Assembly: GCA_964408995.1 (NCBI GenBank)
Contig: CAYPBP010000003.1
Coordinates: 14,803 to 78,802, forward strand
Direction: 5' to 3'
DNA: 64,000 bases
From: an uncultured Gammaproteobacteria bacterium
Lineage (GTDB): Bacteria; Patescibacteriota; Microgenomatia; UBA12405
Shown piece after piece: positions 8,579 to 17,237 of this stretch; the first letter of the stretch is position 1, and each line of letters begins with the position of its first letter. The position numbers and the translations under genes are program-made. The notes beneath the pieces are model-generated. The model ran no database searches, was not told the DNA's origin, and saw only the letters and a list, made by a program, of their open reading frames with translations.

Positions 8579-8935
8579 ATGATAGTAAAAAACTATGGTA
8601 TAAGTTTTGGTATAAATGGGAGTTTTTTTATATTTTTGAGTATTATTTTTGTTCTATTGTTTTTAGTTTTAACTTTAAAGGAATGGGGCGGTCCCGCCAA
8701 AAGTTTCGCCCACCGACAGCGTTGCAGTCTTGGCGGGCAAGCATTTAGGCGGGCAGGTTTTGGTCTAATTTTTATTGGTGGTTTTTTGAATTTAATTGAA
8801 AGAATGGTTTTGGGATATGTCAGAGATTATTGGAATTTTTTGGGATTGGGACTTTACAATAATATTAATGATTGGATAATTGGAGTAGGAGTATTAATTT
8901 GTTTAATAAATCTTTTATGCAAGAAGTCAAAATAA
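8579..8935 (+). CDS. lspA: Signal peptidase II-like protein, short, with an in-frame repeat insertion
   Basis: NYGISFG, GGFLNLIER, GYVRDY, NINDW; likely start ATG 8579. Confidence 0.75.
   Translation: MIVKNYGISFGINGSFFIFLSIIFVLLFLVLTLKEWGGPAKSFAHRQRCSLGGQAFRRAGFGLIFIGGFLNLIERMVLGYVRDYWNFLGLGLYNNINDWIIGVGVLICLINLLCKKSK
8693..8757 (+). repeat. Nested palindromic element in-frame in lspA
   Basis: CCCGCCAAAA...[CGCCCACCGA...TCTTGGCGGGCAAG]...TTTAGGCGGGCAGG; GC-rich island in an AT-rich gene. Confidence 0.75.
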
Positions 8936-9606
8936 TTTTTGAAGACGATGATTTGTTGGTAGTAGAAAAACCAGCAATGATGACCACAACTAAAGAGAAA
9001 AAAGGGGAAGAAGGGACTTTAGAGGATTATATTAGAAAGATAAGACCAAACAACTTATCTAGAAATGGAATTGTTCATAGGTTAGACAAGGGGACTTCTG
9101 GGTTAATTTTAATAGCGAAAAATGAAGCGGCGCTTTTGAATTTTAAAAAACAATTTAAAGAAAGAAAGGTGGTTAAAAAGTATTATTGTTTAGTTTCAGG
9201 AGATGTTTCTTTTGAAGGTAAAGTAGATATGCCAATTGGTAGATCGAAATATAGTTTTGCTAAGTTTGGGGTTAATATTGATGGTAAAAAGGCATTAACT
9301 GAGTTTAGTGTGGTTAAAAAATATAAAAAAGATAATAAAGTTTACAGTCTTTTAGAGGTTAATTTAAAAACTGGAAGAACTCACCAAATTAGAGTTCATT
9401 TGAGTTATTTAAGATGGCCACTATTAGGAGATTTGGTTTATGGTGGAGAAGTTTTGCAAGACAGAACCGGTGTAGTCTTGAAAAGACCATTTTTACATGC
9501 TTATCAGATGATTTTTAAACATCCAGTTAGTAATAAAGAAATTAAGTTAGAAATTGATTTAGCAAGTGATTTAAGAGAATTACTTAAAAAATATGAGGAA
9601 TTATAA
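8917..9606 (+). CDS. RluA/RluD-family pseudouridine synthase
   Basis: GIVHRLDKGTSG, TGRTHQIRVH, PLLGDLVYG. Confidence 0.93.
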   Translation: MQEVKIIFEDDDLLVVEKPAMMTTTKEKKGEEGTLEDYIRKIRPNNLSRNGIVHRLDKGTSGLILIAKNEAALLNFKKQFKERKVVKKYYCLVSGDVSFEGKVDMPIGRSKYSFAKFGVNIDGKKALTEFSVVKKYKKDNKVYSLLEVNLKTGRTHQIRVHLSYLRWPLLGDLVYGGEVLQDRTGVVLKRPFLHAYQMIFKHPVSNKEIKLEIDLASDLRELLKKYEEL

Positions 9607-10450
9607 AATATTAAAAACAATAGATTCTAATTTATTATTAGGATTGTTAGTTTTATTTTTATTATTATTTTTAATTTTATTGAGTTTTGCTCTCCACAGA
9701 GATAAGGATGAAAAGATAGATCATAAATTAGGTATACTGGCCAATGATGGAATGGCTTTGGTGTCGATTTCCAAAGATAGAAAAATGATTAATGTTTTGA
9801 ATTTGGATAAAGAAACTGAAGTTTGGATACCAGGTGGAATGTCTTGGTATAAAAATACTAAAGTAAAAAATATATTAGAACAGGAAAAAAAGATAACTTT
9901 GGCAAAAGATGTTTTTTGGTATAATTTTGGTTTTTTTGTGGATAAAGTTTTGATTTTAGAGTCGGTTGATGACTGGAGAGATAATTTTGTTTTAATTAAA
10001 AATTTGGGTCCTTTTAATTGGATTTGGTATAAATTTAATTACGGAAAGATGTTGTTAAATCCGGCTAAAATAGCTGGAAAATTAGATGAAAAACATTCTA
10101 CTTTAGATGAAATAATGGTGAGAGATTTTTCTGAAAGTAAATTGAATTATGAAGAATTAAGATTATCGGTTTTTAACTGTACTAATCAGAGTGGAATGGC
10201 TGCTTTTATATCAAAAAGATTAGAATGGTCAGGTTTTTCGGTAATATCAGCTGATAATAATGATGAAAAAATTGAAAAATGTTTAGTTATCTATGGTAAT
10301 AAAACTGATCTAAGTTATGGTTTCAGAATGGTTAATAAACTTTTTGATTGTGATAAAAAATATAATGAAAATTTAAATGAAAATGAATTAGAATTATATT
10401 TTGGAGATAGTTTAGCTTCAATGATAAAATACTCTAGTTATTCAAAATAA
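9593..10450 (+). CDS. Membrane-anchored LytR C-terminal domain protein
   Basis: N-terminal TM helix; VFNCTNQSGMA...LEWSGF...ELYFG. Confidence 0.65.
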   Translation: MRNYKILKTIDSNLLLGLLVLFLLLFLILLSFALHRDKDEKIDHKLGILANDGMALVSISKDRKMINVLNLDKETEVWIPGGMSWYKNTKVKNILEQEKKITLAKDVFWYNFGFFVDKVLILESVDDWRDNFVLIKNLGPFNWIWYKFNYGKMLLNPAKIAGKLDEKHSTLDEIMVRDFSESKLNYEELRLSVFNCTNQSGMAAFISKRLEWSGFSVISADNNDEKIEKCLVIYGNKTDLSYGFRMVNKLFDCDKKYNENLNENELELYFGDSLASMIKYSSYSK

Positions 10451-10457
10451 AACATTT

Positions 10458-11168
10458 ATGTCAGGTCATTCAAAATGGTCAAATATTAAAAATAGGAAAG
10501 GAGCTCAAGACAAGAAAAGAAGTGAAGCTTTTACTAAGATTTCAAAGAATATTTTAACAGCAATTCGATTGGGTGGAAATGCTAATCCAGAAGCTAACTT
10601 AGGTTTAAAAATAGCGATCGAAAAGGCAAGAGAGAGTAATATGCCAAAGGAAAATATTGATAGGTTAATAGCTCGTTTTGAAGAAAGAAAAGCCAATTTA
10701 GTAGCCTCAACATTGGAAGGATATGGTCCTTTTGGAGTGCCAATTGTAATTGATATAGAAACAGATAATAGAAATAGAATTTTGGGTGAGATAAAATTAA
10801 TTTTTAGAAATTATGGTGGTAGTTTAGGTGAAAGTAATTCAGTGATGTTTCAGTTTAAAAGAGTAGGGGAGGTAGAATTGGAAGACGAAATAACAGAAGA
10901 AAAAGAATTGGATTTAATTGATGCTGGAGCAATTGATTTTGAAGATAAAGTTGTTTTGGTAGAAAGTACTAATTTAACTAATTTTGTTAAAGAATTAGAA
11001 AAAGGGGAGTTAAAAGTGCTTAGATCGGAACTGGTTTTAAGAGCAGATAATCCAATTATGCTTAATTCTGAGGAAGAAGTTGGTAAAATTTTAGATATGG
11101 TTGAAGAATTGGAAGAAAATGATGATGTTGTAAACGTTTTTGCAGGATTCGATTATAAAAAGGTATAA
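10458..11168 (+). CDS. yebC: YebC/PmpR family protein
   Basis: MSGHSKWSNIK, EGYGP, TDNRNR, LEENDDVVNVF. Confidence 0.95.
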   Translation: MSGHSKWSNIKNRKGAQDKKRSEAFTKISKNILTAIRLGGNANPEANLGLKIAIEKARESNMPKENIDRLIARFEERKANLVASTLEGYGPFGVPIVIDIETDNRNRILGEIKLIFRNYGGSLGESNSVMFQFKRVGEVELEDEITEEKELDLIDAGAIDFEDKVVLVESTNLTNFVKELEKGELKVLRSELVLRADNPIMLNSEEEVGKILDMVEELEENDDVVNVFAGFDYKKV

Positions 11169-11175
11169 TTTATCA

Positions 11176-11964
11176 ATGTCAAAAAGGTTAAAATATTTTA
11201 TTTCATCTTTATTAGCAACAATTGGTTTTTATTTTTTCTTGTCTTTACCATATGAATCTCATTATTATGGATTATTAGTAGGAATAGTTTTAGTAATTTT
11301 TTGTTTTTGGTTTGGTCTGGGAATTGTTTTTGATAAAAGTATTTATGTTAGGTTAATGTCGATTGTAATGCCAGTAGCTTTTTTTATTGGTTTTGCTTTG
11401 TTTGCAACATTATTGCCACAGAATTTTTTCTTAACTTTTTTGTATAGTTTATTCTTTGGATTTATAAGTTATGCTATGTTTTTGGTAGAAAATGTATTTT
11501 TGGTGGCAATTGGGTTTAGAACGCCACCACTTTATAGGTCTGCTTATACTGTTGGATTAATATTAATTTTATTATCATCATTCTTTTTGTTTAATAGTCT
11601 TTTTTCATTCAAGTTTATTTATTGGTTAAATGGATTATTAATTTTTGTTATATCAAGTGTACTCTTTTTATATATTTATTTTAGTGTAACTATCGAGTTA
11701 CCTGATGATGGAAAAGATAAAAATGTTTGGTATTATGTTTTAGTTCCATCACTTTTGGTATCAGAAATGGCTTTAATTTTAAGTTTTTGGCCATTGGGTA
11801 TTTTTAAATCATCTATTTATTTAGTGATGACGGTTTATGTTTTAAGTGGAATTTTACATGCCGAATTAAGAGATAGGTTGTTTAAAAAGACTTGGTTAGT
11901 TTCAATTTGGGTTGGCGTGGCAACTATATTAGGAATAGTTTCAACTGGAATTTTTATAAATTAA
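11176..11964 (+). CDS. Multi-pass membrane protein
   Basis: About 8 hydrophobic helices; ENVF...RTPPLYRSA. Confidence 0.7.
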   Translation: MSKRLKYFISSLLATIGFYFFLSLPYESHYYGLLVGIVLVIFCFWFGLGIVFDKSIYVRLMSIVMPVAFFIGFALFATLLPQNFFLTFLYSLFFGFISYAMFLVENVFLVAIGFRTPPLYRSAYTVGLILILLSSFFLFNSLFSFKFIYWLNGLLIFVISSVLFLYIYFSVTIELPDDGKDKNVWYYVLVPSLLVSEMALILSFWPLGIFKSSIYLVMTVYVLSGILHAELRDRLFKKTWLVSIWVGVATILGIVSTGIFIN

Positions 11965-11966
11965 TC

Positions 11967-12917
11967 TTATTGGATTGAAGTGATAGCAACAGTGGTGACA
12001 ATATCTTCAACACTGCAACCCCTTGAAAGGTCATTGATTGGTTTTTTAATACCTTGAGTTAATGGTCCATAGGCGTTGGCATTAGCAATTCTTTCGACTA
12101 GTTTATAAGAAATATTACCAGAATTAAGATCAGGGAAAATTAAAATATTAGCTTTACCTTTAATAGAATTTCCAGGGAGTTTTTTATCACAAATATGAGG
12201 GACTAAAGCAGCATCAGCTTGAATATCACCTTCGATCATTAAATTAGGATTTTCTTTACGAATTAAATTAACTGCAAGTCTAACTTTATCAACAGATTCA
12301 CCTTTAGCACTACTATTAGTTGAATAAGAAAGCATGGCAATTTTTGGTATTTTATTAGTTATAAGTTTAAAAGAATTGGCTGTTTCTATGGCAATTTGAG
12401 CTAACTCCTCTGAGTTTGGATCAACATTTAAACCACAATCAGCAAAGAACAATAAACCATTTTCTCCTACATCTTTATTTTTTGTTTCCATAATAAAAAA
12501 ACTGGAAACTAATTTTGAATTTTCTTTGGTTTTAATAATTTGAAGAGCTGGTTTAAGAGTATCCATGGTAGTGTGGGTGGCTCCGGCAACCATACCATCG
12601 GCTAAGCCTGAATAAATCATCATGGTACCAAAATAGATAGGGTCTTTGACTAATTTTTGAGCTTCATTTAAAGTTAATCCTTTTTCTTTTCTAATTTCAA
12701 AAAGAGTATTAGCAAATTGATCAAGAAGAGGGGAAATCTCTGGATTAATATCGCAATCTGGGTTTGGTCCAAGAATTATTAGATTGGCTATTTTTTGATC
12801 ACGAATAATTTTAGCAGCTTTTATAATTCTATCGTCAGTGCCTTCTGGAAGAACTATTTTTTTATAATTAGCTTTTGCTTGATTGTATATTTTTTCAATA
12901 ATTGTGTTGGTGTCCAT
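11967..12917 (-). CDS. pta: Phosphate acetyltransferase
   Basis: IVLPEGTDDR, FADCG, AMLSYST, FPDLNSGNISYK, NDLSRGCS. Confidence 0.95.
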   Translation of the reverse strand: MDTNTIIEKIYNQAKANYKKIVLPEGTDDRIIKAAKIIRDQKIANLIILGPNPDCDINPEISPLLDQFANTLFEIRKEKGLTLNEAQKLVKDPIYFGTMMIYSGLADGMVAGATHTTMDTLKPALQIIKTKENSKLVSSFFIMETKNKDVGENGLLFFADCGLNVDPNSEELAQIAIETANSFKLITNKIPKIAMLSYSTNSSAKGESVDKVRLAVNLIRKENPNLMIEGDIQADAALVPHICDKKLPGNSIKGKANILIFPDLNSGNISYKLVERIANANAYGPLTQGIKKPINDLSRGCSVEDIVTTVAITSIQ

Positions 12918-12978
12918 AAGTCTATATTTTAAGGTGATTGTTTAAAAAAGGCAATAAAGATATAATCTCAATTAAGAA

Positions 12979-14739
12979 ATGAAGGATAATACCAAAAAAA
13001 CACTAAAATACTTTTGGGAAGTTATGCGCAACTATAAGTTGTCAGGGCTTTTGTTGGTATTGTCTATAATAATAGCCAAAGTAATAGATTCATTTCTGCC
13101 TTTGTATTTTAAGACTTTTTTTAATATTCTAACTGGTGATCAAGATAAAGATTTAATTATTAAAGGATTGTTGTCAATTTTATTGACGGTTGCGATCTTA
13201 AAGCTATTAAGATGGTTTTTTTGGAGAGTATCGGCTTTTTCTTTAAATTATTTTGAATCACGAATAATGGCTGATTTGAGTAAAAAATGTTTTGTCTATT
13301 TACATAGACATTCTTTTGCCTATTTTTCTAATAATTTTACTGGTTCTTTGGTAAAAAAGACAAAGAGTTTTGTTAGTGCTTTTGAGGTTTTAGCGGATCA
13401 ACTTTTTTGGGAATTAATACCTGCTTTTGTAAGCATATCAATTATTACTTTGGTTTTAGCTAGAGTAAATATTTTTTTGGGACTAATAATGTTGATTTGG
13501 ACTATTTTGTTTTTATTGATTAATTGGATTTTTACTAAACATAAACTTAAATATGACCTTCAAAGAAGTGAATCAGAGACAAGAACAAGTAGTTTTTTGG
13601 CGGATACCATAACTAATAATACTAATATTAAATTATTCAATGGTTACAATAATGAAGATTGTGGATATTCTGATTTGGCAGAAGATTTACATCAGTTAAG
13701 AAAATTTACTTGGAACATGAGTGCTAAGTTTTATGGTTTACAATCATTTTTATTATTGATATTAGAAATAGGAATATATTATTTTGCAATTGGTCTTTGG
13801 AAAGAAAATATTTTAACCGTAGGTGATTTTGTTTTGATACAGACTTATATTTTAGTGGTGGTAATGATGGTTTGGGATTTTGGCAGAATCATAATGAAAA
13901 TATATGAGAAGTTGGCTGAAGCTGAAGAAATGACTATTATTTTTAATACTCCACATGAAATTGTAGATGCTAAAGATGCTTTTAAATTAAAAATAACTAA
14001 GGGTGAAGTTTATTTTGATAATATTTCTTTTGCTTATGAGAAGGAAGAAAATGTGATAGATAATTTTAGTCTTAAAATAAAGCCAAAGGAAACGGTGGCA
14101 ATAGTTGGGATATCTGGTGCTGGAAAAACTACTTTAACTAAATTATTATTAAGACTTTTTGATGTTCAAAAAGGGAAAATATTAATTGATGGTCAAGACA
14201 TTTCCAAGGTTACACAGGAAAGTCTTAGAGATAATGTAAGTTTGGTACCTCAAGATCCGGTTTTATTCCATAGAAGTTTGATGGAAAATATTAGATATGG
14301 AAAACCAGAAGCAAGTGATGAAGAGGTGATTGAAGCGGCAAAATTAGCTCATTGTGATGAATTTATTTCGAAATTGGAGAAAGGTTATGCTACTTTTGTT
14401 GGTGAAAGGGGAATTAAACTTTCTGGTGGTGAAAGGCAAAGAGTGGCTATTGCTAGGGCAATTTTGAAAAATCCACCAATATTGATAATGGATGAAGCCA
14501 CTTCAAGTTTAGATTCTGAATCAGAGAAATTTATTCAAGATTCTTTAGATGAATTAATTAAGAATAAAACTGTGATTATAATTGCTCATAGGTTATCGAC
14601 AATTAAAAAAGTGGATAGAATTGTAGTGATAGATAATAAAAAGATAGTAGAGGATGGAACTCATAGTAAGTTAATTAAATTAAAAGAGGGAATTTATAAT
14701 AAGTTGTGGGATATACAGGTTGGGGGATTTATAAAATAG
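12979..14739 (+). CDS. ABC exporter, fused permease/ATPase
   Basis: TM domain plus GISGAGKT, LSGGERQR, DEATS, AHRLST. Confidence 0.93.
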   Translation: MKDNTKKTLKYFWEVMRNYKLSGLLLVLSIIIAKVIDSFLPLYFKTFFNILTGDQDKDLIIKGLLSILLTVAILKLLRWFFWRVSAFSLNYFESRIMADLSKKCFVYLHRHSFAYFSNNFTGSLVKKTKSFVSAFEVLADQLFWELIPAFVSISIITLVLARVNIFLGLIMLIWTILFLLINWIFTKHKLKYDLQRSESETRTSSFLADTITNNTNIKLFNGYNNEDCGYSDLAEDLHQLRKFTWNMSAKFYGLQSFLLLILEIGIYYFAIGLWKENILTVGDFVLIQTYILVVVMMVWDFGRIIMKIYEKLAEAEEMTIIFNTPHEIVDAKDAFKLKITKGEVYFDNISFAYEKEENVIDNFSLKIKPKETVAIVGISGAGKTTLTKLLLRLFDVQKGKILIDGQDISKVTQESLRDNVSLVPQDPVLFHRSLMENIRYGKPEASDEEVIEAAKLAHCDEFISKLEKGYATFVGERGIKLSGGERQRVAIARAILKNPPILIMDEATSSLDSESEKFIQDSLDELIKNKTVIIIAHRLSTIKKVDRIVVIDNKKIVEDGTHSKLIKLKEGIYNKLWDIQVGGFIK

Positions 14740-14798
14740 GTCCCAACAGAAGTTTAATGTGTTGGTGGTAGAATAGCGTAGATATTAGTTAATGTAAT

Positions 14799-15254
14799 AT
14801 GATAAATATTGAGAGAATTGGTCCAAGAGAAGGAATAATTAATAAATTACCACTATTACCAAACGAAAGAGGGGAAAATCATTTTAAAAAAGGAAGTAGT
14901 GTGGTTTATTTTCAAAATAATGAAGATGATCAGAGTATTTTTATGGCTGGTAGGGTAGAAAAAGTATGGAGGGATGACCCAGAAGACAAATTGAAGATAA
15001 GGGTTCATCTTTATGATAAAGCTGCTAATGGAACTAATAGCGTTACTCTAAACGTAGAAAGTACTTCTTTATTGCTTTTTGGTGAATTTAAATCTTTTAA
15101 AAAAAATACAAATCTAGCTAAAAAATGGTTAAAAGATTTTAGAGAGTTATTAGATATTAAAGATTCTTTTGTAAAATCTTCACTTGAAGGATATGATAAT
15201 AATTTTATTAATACATTGAAGAATAAAAAATTAGTAACTGGGTTCCAAGTTTAG
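14799..15254 (+). CDS. Hypothetical protein
   Basis: 151-aa ORF, no recognised motif. Confidence 0.5.
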   Translation: MINIERIGPREGIINKLPLLPNERGENHFKKGSSVVYFQNNEDDQSIFMAGRVEKVWRDDPEDKLKIRVHLYDKAANGTNSVTLNVESTSLLLFGEFKSFKKNTNLAKKWLKDFRELLDIKDSFVKSSLEGYDNNFINTLKNKKLVTGFQV

Positions 15255-15727
15255 TCAGAATCTATAAGTATATTGGAAGTATAGGTATAATTTGTTGTGA
15301 ATTTAATTTTTTGAAGGGGAGTTGGGGATTAGGATTTAGGTTGTAGATGGTAGATTGTAGATTAGGATTTAGGTCGTATAGATGGTAGATCATAGATGGT
15401 TAATTTAGGTTTAATTAGCTTTGTTTTTAATAAAAAAAATGGTGACATGTAGGTAGGGCAGAGGGGAGTATCCTATAATATTCAACATCCTATAATATTT
15501 TCACGAAATATCCTATAGTTTTCACAGAGCAGGTGATACAGTATGATATAGTCTATGTGGAAAACCTGGATTTGGTCGAGTGTATCAGAGTGAACCCTCC
15601 AAGAGGGAGGGATAAGGGTTAATTAAGAGAAATAAATATATGACAAACAATTAATTAATGATAAATAACCCTTAGGGGTGAGAAGTGTTTTATTCCTATC
15701 TCCTGGCAGAAGGAGGTTCAATTTGCT

Positions 15728-15755
15728 ATGTCGCACAATGTATCTTTTGCGACAC
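15728..15755. other. Putative dif-like Xer recombination site
   Basis: ATGTCGCACAA-TGTATC-TTTTGCGACAC: 11-6-11 layout, arms 9/11 inverted-complementary, ~360 bp upstream of the xer gene. Confidence 0.7.
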
Positions 15756-16113
15756 TGTTTAACAATTTAGGCAGGGGGAGACCTCTTTTGAAATTCAATT
15801 TCCAATTTTTAATTTCCAATTTTTAATCACTTAAGTTTTTGTATATTTCTTTATTTATTTAATTATTAGTAATTCTTCTTTTCCCTCTTTTGTCTTATTA
15901 ATTTTTAATTGGGTTAAAATTTGGGGGCTTGACTCCCCTATATGGTTTTAGGGAGGAGATTTAATTGATTGTGCCTAAAGATAGGCAAAATGAACCTAAA
16001 ACGTCACTAGAGGCCCTAGAATCGATTTTTATAAAATTGCCGATTACTTTTAAGTCTTATTTCAAAAATTATTGGATATGTCGCTTAAAATTGATAACAT
16101 GGTAAGATAATTT

Positions 16114-17049
16114 ATGGAAAATGATTTAAATGTTTTAGTAAGAAGATTTTTAGAGCATTTGGAAATTGAGAAAAATTGTTCAAAATTGACAATAAGAAAT
16201 TACCAACATTATTTAGATGTTTTAATGCATTTTTTAGCAAATGATAATAAAGACAAAAAAATTACTATAGATAATATAACATCAGATGTGGTTAGGCGAT
16301 TTCGGTTATTTTTAGCACGCCAGAAGGGTACTTTGGGAGAAATGAAATTGGTAACCCAAGGATATTATGTGATTGCTCTAAGATCATTTTTAAAATGGTT
16401 AATTAAAAATGATGTAAAAGCTTTACAACCAGAAAAGCTAGATGTGCCTAAGACTCGGGATCATTCTCTTAAATTTTTGGATTCTGATCAAATGGATAGA
16501 CTTTTAGTGCAACCACTTCCCTCTTCAAATAATGGTTTTAGAGACAGAGCTATTTTAGAACTTTTATTTTCAACTGGATTGCGTGTTTCTGAACTAGTTC
16601 GTTTGGATCGTGATCAAATTAATTTAAAAACTAGGGAGTTTGGAGTGATTGGTAAAGGAGGCCGATCGAGAGTGGTATTTATCTCCAAACAAGCAGCTGA
16701 CCATGTCGCAAAATATTTGATGAGTCGAGAGGATAAATATAAACCATTGTTTATAAGATTACTTAGACCTAACGAAATCCCAATTAACGATGAGGCAGTT
16801 AGATTGACACCAAGATCAATTCAAAGATTGGTAAAACACTATGTAAAAACAGCTAACTTACCAGTGGAGGCAACTCCTCATACTTTAAGACATTCAATGG
16901 CAACTGATTTATTAAGATCGGGGGCTGATTTAAGATCTGTTCAAGAACTTTTGGGTCATAAAAACATTGCTACAACTCAAATTTACACTCATATAACTGA
17001 TGCCAGATTAAGAGAAGTTCATGAAAAATTTCACTCTGGAAACAAATAA
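16114..17049 (+). CDS. Xer-type tyrosine recombinase
   Basis: RDRAILELLFSTGLRVSEL, GKGGRSR, TPHTLRHS.AT, LLGH...TTQIY. Confidence 0.93.
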   Translation: MENDLNVLVRRFLEHLEIEKNCSKLTIRNYQHYLDVLMHFLANDNKDKKITIDNITSDVVRRFRLFLARQKGTLGEMKLVTQGYYVIALRSFLKWLIKNDVKALQPEKLDVPKTRDHSLKFLDSDQMDRLLVQPLPSSNNGFRDRAILELLFSTGLRVSELVRLDRDQINLKTREFGVIGKGGRSRVVFISKQAADHVAKYLMSREDKYKPLFIRLLRPNEIPINDEAVRLTPRSIQRLVKHYVKTANLPVEATPHTLRHSMATDLLRSGADLRSVQELLGHKNIATTQIYTHITDARLREVHEKFHSGNK

Positions 17050-17237
17050 GTACTAATACCCTATAGTGACGCTAAATTACCAATAATTAGTCCCCTTCTA
17101 TTTTTATTTATTTTTTTGTTAAAATGGTGTGTTTTTATCCCTAAATTAGGACAAAAATTAAAATATGTCTCATGTTAGCAATCTTTTGTTGTTACTGCTA
17201 ATTATGCTTATTTAATACACACCCTATAGTATCAGTA

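Noticed and set aside
9457-9480. Possible palindromic insert in the RluA-family gene (CAAGAC...GTCTTG)
   Set aside because: Only a 6-bp stem and no second copy recognised
15450-15780. KOPS-like G-rich motifs around the dif-like site
   Set aside because: No exact GGGNAGGG with polarity switching across the site; the pattern is ambiguous
15255-16113. tmRNA, RNase P RNA or SRP RNA
   Set aside because: None of their conserved terminal or core motifs were found
16114-17049. Prophage, integron or island integrase
   Set aside because: Length and motifs fit a chromosomal Xer recombinase; no phage genes, attC sites or integron-specific insertion seen
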